Both the position numbers and the translations under genes were made by a program. DNA of 64,000 nucleotides. Origin: Rhodosorus marinus CCMP1338. Taxonomy: Eukaryota; Plantae; Rhodophyta. The stretch covers positions 2,790,001 through 2,854,000 of the forward strand of contig JAMWBK010000004.1 of NCBI GenBank assembly GCA_029953675.1, in the 5' to 3' direction. Positions 57,218-64,000 of the stretch are shown here, one piece after another; positions within the stretch are counted from its first letter, which is position 1, and each line of letters opens with the position of its first letter. The notes beneath the pieces are model-generated. The model had not been told where the DNA came from, ran no database searches, and saw nothing but the letters and a program-made list of their open reading frames with translations.

Positions 57218-59893
57218 ATGGTTGGGTTTGTCTCTGGATTTAGTGTTTCGAGAGGACGTCGAGGACGTTCTAATATCGGCGCGGTTTCTCCCGGTTCGGC
57301 AAGACAAAGTACCAGGTGCGTGATTAGAGTAACGCCCGGAAGGAGCGATGATACTACTCCCAAGCCTTTGCTGTCAAGTTACTATCGGAATATGGGTTCG
57401 GGCCGAGGGCCAAAGGGTGGGAGTTCAAAGCCGGTTAGGGAAACTATTGGAGAGATTTTGAAGCTTTTGAAGAATGGAGATGGAAATGCTGCGCAGGAAT
57501 TATTCGAGAAACTGAGACAAACTGCAGACGGCCTGTCACACAAAGATTCAACTCTGCTCATGATAAAGTTTGGCCAACATGGTTATCTGCGAACGGCGGA
57601 GCGAGTCTTCGACTACGTGACGAGAACAAGGGGAATGGCGGACGTTGTTTTGTATACGTCGCTGATGAAGCTCTATTCGAAGAAGGGTGACCTGAACTCG
57701 GTCGTTATGTGCTTCTCCAAGCTGATTAGTGATGGCTTGGAACCGGATGTAATCGCGTACAATACGCTAATTGACGCTTACAGTAAATACGGCACAATTG
57801 ATAATGCAACGGAGGCGTTGGAGGATATGAAAAGTTCAGGACTGCAGCCGGACGTATGGACCTATTCGACGTTGATCAAACTGTACTCAAGGAAGCGCAG
57901 GCTCGACATGGTCAGAAGCTGCTTTGAGGAAATGAATGAAATCGGGGTGCAGCCCAACGTGACTACGTACAATACTTTAATCCACGCGTTTGCCTCCCTC
58001 GATGACTTGGATTCAGCTGAAACGGCATTTGACCAATTGAGAGCTGATGGACTGCATCCAAATGTTTGGACCTACTCTTCTCTTATGAAGGTTCATCTAC
58101 TGAAGAGGGACGTCCATAGTGTTCGGCGATGTTTTAATGAGATGCTAGAGGAAAACGTCCTCCCTAACACGATTACCTACAACACCATGATTGACGCGTT
58201 GGGGAAAGCTGGACTGGCTACGGAGATGCAAGAGTGTTTTGAAAGAATGCAAAAAACAGGTGTTCGACAGGATGTATGGACCTACACCACAATGCTCAAG
58301 GCATACTCCACCACGGACTGCGTGGAAAAAATGGAAAACGTCCTCGCGCTTATGCGCGCTCGTGGCGTGCGGCCGAATCTGGTAACATGGAACACGATTC
58401 TATCGACGTACAGCAGTCTTGGGAATATGACCGGCATCAGGGAAGCCCTCGCGGAAATGAGGAAAGGGGGTTTCGAGGCGGACTTCATTACCTACACGAC
58501 GCTCGCAAAACTATTTCAGGATAAGGAAGAGCCAGAGGCGTCCTTGGCCGCGTATGATATGATGCGCGAGCACGGACTGAAGATTGGTACAAAGGTGTAC
58601 AATATTCTAATCGAGAAAGCTGGCAAGTCCGATCGCTGGGAAAGTACAGGTGAATTATATCGAGTGATGCTAAGCGACGGAGTTAAGCCGAATTTGCAGA
58701 CGTTCAACATTATTATGAAAATGCACGCAAAACGGAACGACCTGGAAGAAGTAAGGAGAACTTTTTGGAGCATTCGACGCAATCACTTAAAACCTGACAT
58801 TGTAAGCTACAACACCCTTATCGACGCCATCGGGAAGGAGGAAGGCGCTGAGGCAGCTGAGCAAGTGTTTAGTGAGCTTCCGAAACTTGGGACAAAGCCA
58901 GATGCGTGGACTCTGACCACAATGATGAACTTGTACGCCGAGGAGGTGAACCTGGAGATGGCTCATCGGTATTTTCAGCTGATGACTGAGTACGGCTTTG
59001 AACATACGGTGGTAACCTTCAGTATTCTTATTGAGGCTCTCATTAGATCTGGCGATAGTATGTCACCGGAGGCTGCATTTCGGTCTATGCAGGCCCGCGG
59101 TATCGTACCGGATGCGATCTGCTTTAATACTATGATCAACATGTACGTGAAGAAAGGTGACGTAGGCTCTGCACTTGAAATCAAGGCACAGATGCAGTCT
59201 GAGGGTTTAGAAGCAACGACGGTTACCTACAGTTCCTTATTTTATGGGCTTGAGAAAGCGGATCGCATGGAAGAGGCAGATCAGCTGCTCCAGGAGATGG
59301 AGTCGAAGCGCCTGGAACCAAACATGTGGATGTTTTGTTTGCTGATTGACTCAATGTTGAGGCGGAACAGGCGTAGGAGCGCGTTGGGACTCCTCGGCAG
59401 AATGAGGAGAGGCTCCGAAAAGCCGAACCTCGACTTGTACAATACGGTGATACACTACCATGCCAGAAAGGGTAGAATTACAGATGCTCGGCTAGTTCTC
59501 CAGGAGATGATGCACCACTCGTTGCAGCCAAACGGAGATACTTTCACCCCGCTAATTTGTGCTTGTGTCCGTGGCAACAATCCGAAGGCTCTTCTCGTCA
59601 TCTTGGAGAATTTGCGGCAATCCGGACTGAAGCCTGATAGAAGCACTATCTCGTTTGTGCAGAGAGAGGCGAGAAAGATGAACAGCTCTTTCCATACACC
59701 GCTTCTCGTACTGGAGGAGCTCGCGAGAGATGTAGCTGAAAGGGATAAGAACAATTCAGAGAAGAAATTGGAAGATGAAAGTACGGCAGGGACAAACCAG
59801 GCGGAGAGTCGGGGAAACACAGATCCAGCGTCTGTGCCGGAGACCGGTTCCATAAGCGAACTTTATGATTTCCTTATTTGGAGCTTGGCATGA
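57218..59893 (+). CDS. P-class PPR protein, intronless, ~19-20 tandem canonical motifs, plastid-transit-like N-terminus
   Basis: Starts MVGFVSGFSVSRGRRG. There are 19 contiguous 35-aa motifs from aa 143 to 807, e.g. VIAYNTLIDAYSKYGTIDNATEALEDMKSSGLQPD. Confidence 0.97.
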   Translation: MVGFVSGFSVSRGRRGRSNIGAVSPGSARQSTRCVIRVTPGRSDDTTPKPLLSSYYRNMGSGRGPKGGSSKPVRETIGEILKLLKNGDGNAAQELFEKLRQTADGLSHKDSTLLMIKFGQHGYLRTAERVFDYVTRTRGMADVVLYTSLMKLYSKKGDLNSVVMCFSKLISDGLEPDVIAYNTLIDAYSKYGTIDNATEALEDMKSSGLQPDVWTYSTLIKLYSRKRRLDMVRSCFEEMNEIGVQPNVTTYNTLIHAFASLDDLDSAETAFDQLRADGLHPNVWTYSSLMKVHLLKRDVHSVRRCFNEMLEENVLPNTITYNTMIDALGKAGLATEMQECFERMQKTGVRQDVWTYTTMLKAYSTTDCVEKMENVLALMRARGVRPNLVTWNTILSTYSSLGNMTGIREALAEMRKGGFEADFITYTTLAKLFQDKEEPEASLAAYDMMREHGLKIGTKVYNILIEKAGKSDRWESTGELYRVMLSDGVKPNLQTFNIIMKMHAKRNDLEEVRRTFWSIRRNHLKPDIVSYNTLIDAIGKEEGAEAAEQVFSELPKLGTKPDAWTLTTMMNLYAEEVNLEMAHRYFQLMTEYGFEHTVVTFSILIEALIRSGDSMSPEAAFRSMQARGIVPDAICFNTMINMYVKKGDVGSALEIKAQMQSEGLEATTVTYSSLFYGLEKADRMEEADQLLQEMESKRLEPNMWMFCLLIDSMLRRNRRRSALGLLGRMRRGSEKPNLDLYNTVIHYHARKGRITDARLVLQEMMHHSLQPNGDTFTPLICACVRGNNPKALLVILENLRQSGLKPDRSTISFVQREARKMNSSFHTPLLVLEELARDVAERDKNNSEKKLEDESTAGTNQAESRGNTDPASVPETGSISELYDFLIWSLA

Positions 59894-60753
59894 AGAATCT
59901 TTAGGATTCTCTAACAGTTGATTGACAGATTACAGACAGAATTCAGGTTATTAACAGTTCTTAGGACGATTGTAAAGCAAATTTACTGAAACCGCAGATC
60001 TGTACTTTTGAATTTAGCCTGTCTACGAGTGTGAATGAGCGCTCCCAAAGCAAGAAGTGCTCACGCATTGCCGCTCATGAAGGGCACCCCATGGATTTTC
60101 GATGAACTCCCAACAGTCTCTCCTTTTTTGCATCGGGCTTGGTGAACCTTCTTTCGTCCAGTGACCCGCACCGGCGCGGCAAAATTTGCGCCTGCACAAA
60201 TGATCACGGATACAATTCCTCAGGTAGTTTACACTCATGCAACCAAAAAAGCAGCGCAGCAGTACCATCACCAACATGAGCAACCTACCCTGGGTCCCGC
60301 TTAACCCTAGATCCAATGCCTACTGCCCAACTGAATCAAGAAGACTAAAACCCTCTCCTCTGGATCCCCTCAATATGACAGCCTGTCACATCTTTTTTCA
60401 ACAAATTTACAACAATTCTTCCTCGGCCGTCACGAATGTGATATTTCGAGGTTTCCCAATTTTTCACAAACTTCTTCCATCTAAACTAAAAACACCACGA
60501 GGGCCAGGAATTACGGAATATCGGCCCCGTTGAAGTTTTGTATGTGGAAATGTCTTGTAAATGAGTTTTTGCGGATGGCGATGTGGGATGGATGGGAAAG
60601 GGAGGGATGGGGATGGGGTTTGGATGCTTCTATGTGAGGAGAGCTTAGGGGGCTTGTTTGAAGAGGATTTTCGTAAATGAAAGGGATCCAAATACGAAGA
60701 ATATGAGGACATATATATTCTTTTAAAAGGAGCTTGGGAAGAGCTTTTCGATC

Positions 60754-62691
60754 ATGGACGATGGTACCTGTTTTGCGAATTACAATGTCAACTTTGCAAG
60801 TGGAAGAGGCGTTGCGATTAGGAAGCATGGTCGATTATTACCGTGCGTGATGTTGTTGAATGGAAGGCCAAAGTCGAAGAGACCCAAGCTGAGGAAAGGC
60901 TATAAGCCGCCGCGGCTGACGAGGCAGTTGAAATGGGCGCTTGAGGATCTGGAGGATTTGGTTGTCAGGAAGAAGCTTACCTACGCCTACCAAAAGTTTG
61001 TGGATATCACCAAGCTTGATATTGTCCCCGAGATGAAGCAGTATCATGAGATGATTCTTCTTATGGGGTTGATCAGCGTCGAAGACGCAGAACAAGTGAT
61101 TGAAGATATGAGGCGCAAGGAGGTGCCAATAGGAACCTCGGCTCTGAATGAGCTCATAAAGGTCCACGGCCGCCAACGTGATTCTGAAGGAATAAGGATG
61201 ACTTTGGAGAGGATTGATGATATGGGACTCGCTGCTGATGGGGATACGATATGGGCCATGGTAGAAGGCTTCGTACGAGCTGGTGACGTTGAGGGAGGGC
61301 GTTTTGCCATAGAGGAAATGAAACGCAGGAAGCTAATGAATCAGAGAGGAAGTTTTCTTGCAAGAATGCGGTTTTATTCGTTCATCGGGGATGTTGATAA
61401 TGTCGAGGAGGCGTTTTTCGAGATGACGGAGAAGTACGGTCATTTTCCGATCTGTTATGCGTACAATCTGAGAATTGCCACGTTTGCAGAGAAGCGGGAG
61501 GTAGTCGCCGCACTTGAAACTATTGAGGAAATGAAACTTGCTAAACTGAAACCAAACGAAATGACGTACAGCGTGGTTATCAAAATGTACGTGGCCATGG
61601 GAAAAGTAGCGGCTGCGAAGGAGCTGTTCAGCAAGATGAGGAAGGAAGGAATACAACCCAAAGAGAATACGTTTGCGAGTATCACAAGGGGGGTTCGCTA
61701 CGAGCAACGCCGCGTTGAGATTGTGGACGCGCTGCGCGAAATGAACCGAAATCTCGACCGGCCTGTGGGATTTCTGAACAGCTTTTCGTCCCTTGTCAAC
61801 CTGTTCACTGCGCGGAAGTCAGAAGTGATCTCTTCGCAGATAGCATTGAAGAGCATGCTTCAGTTCGATGTTGATCCGGAACACGCGGTCTATTTGTCAG
61901 TGTTTTCACCTGCTGCCTCAGACGGGAAGCTGTGCAATCCCGCACTCGCCTGTGAACGGATGGCGGCAAGCGGGATACGTCTTGACCCTATGTTCTACAC
62001 TGGCCTGTTCGACGCGTACCATCGTCTCGGAGAGCCACAGTACGCTTTGGCGACCTTGGAGATGATGGAGGAAAATGGTAATGATATCACCGCTGGAATG
62101 ATATCGGTTGTAGTTGGGTCTTACTGTCGTAGAGGGAAATGCTCAATTGCGCTGAAGTGGCTCAGTCTGCTTTTGCAGAACACGATTCTTCCAAGCTCCA
62201 AGGCTTTTGCGTATATTGCCAACGGCTACTTTTCTGTGCTGGATGAGAAGAGCTCTGCGACTGCCGTATCCTTAATGGCAAAGTATTCAATTCCCTGGCA
62301 CCCGAGACAACGTAGAGCTCTGTATCGAGCTAGACAGAGGGATGACAGCTTCCTCAGCGGCTGGGACGTGCCATTCGTGAATGCTGGGGATGATATTAAG
62401 GAGGATACGCTTTGCGGAAGCGATTTTACACAAACGTTTATGGTCCAAGACGTGAGAGCACAATCAGACGGCAGCTCGCTAGATGAGGCGCAGAGAGAAG
62501 CTCTGAGTGAGCTGGAAACCGCAGAGGACATTGATATGAGTCAGAACCTGATTCTTTCCAAACTTACTGATATGGTGCTTCAGGCCAAAGACTCAATGGC
62601 AAGCGGCGGTCGCAACAGGTTGTTCCCGAGACCGGTTTCGAATTCGGACATTCTCGAGACCATTCGTGAGTTTGAAGAGCTCAGTGCATAG
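60754..62691 (+). CDS. P-class PPR protein, intronless, ~10 motifs plus an acidic C-terminal tail
   Basis: Motifs include EMTYSVVIKMYVAMGKVAAAKELFSKMRKEGIQPK and CYAYNLRIATFAEKREVVAALETIEEMKLAKLKPN. Confidence 0.93.
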   Translation: MDDGTCFANYNVNFASGRGVAIRKHGRLLPCVMLLNGRPKSKRPKLRKGYKPPRLTRQLKWALEDLEDLVVRKKLTYAYQKFVDITKLDIVPEMKQYHEMILLMGLISVEDAEQVIEDMRRKEVPIGTSALNELIKVHGRQRDSEGIRMTLERIDDMGLAADGDTIWAMVEGFVRAGDVEGGRFAIEEMKRRKLMNQRGSFLARMRFYSFIGDVDNVEEAFFEMTEKYGHFPICYAYNLRIATFAEKREVVAALETIEEMKLAKLKPNEMTYSVVIKMYVAMGKVAAAKELFSKMRKEGIQPKENTFASITRGVRYEQRRVEIVDALREMNRNLDRPVGFLNSFSSLVNLFTARKSEVISSQIALKSMLQFDVDPEHAVYLSVFSPAASDGKLCNPALACERMAASGIRLDPMFYTGLFDAYHRLGEPQYALATLEMMEENGNDITAGMISVVVGSYCRRGKCSIALKWLSLLLQNTILPSSKAFAYIANGYFSVLDEKSSATAVSLMAKYSIPWHPRQRRALYRARQRDDSFLSGWDVPFVNAGDDIKEDTLCGSDFTQTFMVQDVRAQSDGSSLDEAQREALSELETAEDIDMSQNLILSKLTDMVLQAKDSMASGGRNRLFPRPVSNSDILETIREFEELSA

Positions 62692-63426
62692 TAGGAATTC
62701 TATGAGGGGAGAACCGTAGATGTTGGTCGACACTAGTCCGGACTGCGGTCACCCTCGAGCATGGCGCACACTAACGCTAACGTACAATAACTATTATTAA
62801 GTAAGAGTAGTTTTTCCTTTTCTGAAGAGATCCTGTCAAGAGCCCATGACTCTCGCAATATTCAACGGTCTGGATGCCTAAGACTTGATCGTTCACCTCA
62901 GTACACGGTGTTCTGCTTCCGCATAAGATTTATTGAGCAGCCGAAAGAACTCCTTCCAAGGTTCTTTGGCAATCTACATCAATGCCTGAAGCCCCTGAGT
63001 ACACTAACGCACTGGCACTCAAATTGATCTACAGCTGCTTGCCATCTTCAGCCACAGCCTGAACAGAACCTGGCAACCGGGCTCGGAGAAACAGCTGGCT
63101 TTGCGCAGGGATCCGTCGTCAGAGGACGACCGATGGATTTAATCTTAGGATAATGAAAGCTATCTATCTGTGCCAGCCGTATTTCCTCAGGAGGTAACTT
63201 TGCCTATATTCTACACTGTTAGTACGTTGGATTCATGGAGCCCACATCCCATCGTTTGCGCGTTAAATAACGGAACAGGTCAGGGAGTAATAAGCAACCT
63301 CCACAACGACCTATCTCGTTGATGACACAATAACCCTTTTCAGGGATCTCAAGTTGTCCTCTGCGCGTAAAGAGAAACCAAAAGTCCTCCTTAGCATGGC
63401 GAAGGACACGAAATGTTTCTCTGCGT

Positions 63427-63999
63427 CTAAAACTTACTCAGCATGCACTCGGTGTTAACAGTGTTTAAGTTACCCTGAAGGACAATCGTTCTCAAGGATG
63501 GGAGGTTGCCCTGAGCGAGAGCACTCACCCCAGTCTCGCTTATCAAGCTTCCTCGCAGTGATAGGTAACGGAGTCGAGAAAGTTGTCCATTGGCTATTGC
63601 GAACGCCCCTTTGTCTGCTACTTTGCAATTGTCAAGTCGGAGCTCAGTGAGTGACTTCAATCCTTCTCCGGAAGCCAGTGAATACCCCTCAACCATACGG
63701 TTTCCACACAGATTTATGCACTCCAGAGTTTTGGACTCTGCCAGTACTCTACAGCCCTTCTCCGTTATCGAGCAATGCCGCAAGTCCAGCGAAACAAGCT
63801 TCGACGAGGGTAAGAAACTAACGCCATCGTCTCCTAAGCGATTCCAGCTCAGTTGCAATGTACGCAACCTTTGCGCCATTGAGCAGAACTCCGAAAGGAC
63901 CGTCGCCGACCGAGTACTGAAACGATTCTTAATCAAAGCCAGTTCCGCGAGGTTTGGAACGTTCTCTACGCGCAGTTCTGAAAGTCCTTGGTCTCCGAA
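63427..63999 (-). CDS. Leucine-rich repeat (RNI-like) protein, 3' part (starts beyond the window)
   Basis: Repeats LRTLQLSWNRLGDDGV, LVSLDLRHCSITEKGC, LTELRLDNCKVADKGA and LRYLSLRGSLISETGV. The frame is open to the window edge. Confidence 0.9.
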   Translation of the reverse strand, partial: FGDQGLSELRVENVPNLAELALIKNRFSTRSATVLSEFCSMAQRLRTLQLSWNRLGDDGVSFLPSSKLVSLDLRHCSITEKGCRVLAESKTLECINLCGNRMVEGYSLASGEGLKSLTELRLDNCKVADKGAFAIANGQLSRLRYLSLRGSLISETGVSALAQGNLPSLRTIVLQGNLNTVNTECMLSKF

Positions 64000-64000
64000 C

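Noticed and set aside
46504-62691. RNA-editing (PLS/E/DYW) PPR factors
   Set aside because: All motifs are 35-aa P-type, and no E domain or DYW HxE...CxxC deaminase motif is present at the C-termini.

Overview
Gene-dense eukaryotic nuclear DNA with short GT-AG introns (mostly ~60-120 nt). It is most consistent with a unicellular red alga, possibly Rhodosorus-like. That assignment is an inference from the G/F-rich 'MxGFV' plastid-transit-like N-termini, intron sizes and C2H2 family style. Recognisable genes: two C2H2 zinc-finger proteins, Pol III subunit RPC4, a large RS/charged-repeat protein, cystinosin, plastid-type lipoyl synthase, tRNA-Thr(CGT), clathrin heavy chain, a chalcone-isomerase-fold protein, an RMI1-like OB-fold protein, two transit-peptide + TM + coiled-coil proteins and a partial LRR gene. 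The outstanding feature is a cluster of five PPR genes within ~30 kb. Four are intronless P-class genes arranged as two divergent pairs around a ~5.8-kb spacer. One has ~19-20 regular motifs that give a readable RNA-target prediction. Accessory DNA includes a decayed RLE-type non-LTR retroelement fragment, a 24 x 12-bp minisatellite in frame behind a stop codon, a ~172-bp tandem repeat, a 15-bp-stem hairpin and several gene-relic-like intervals. Exon boundaries were read by eye, and several 5' ends are unresolved.
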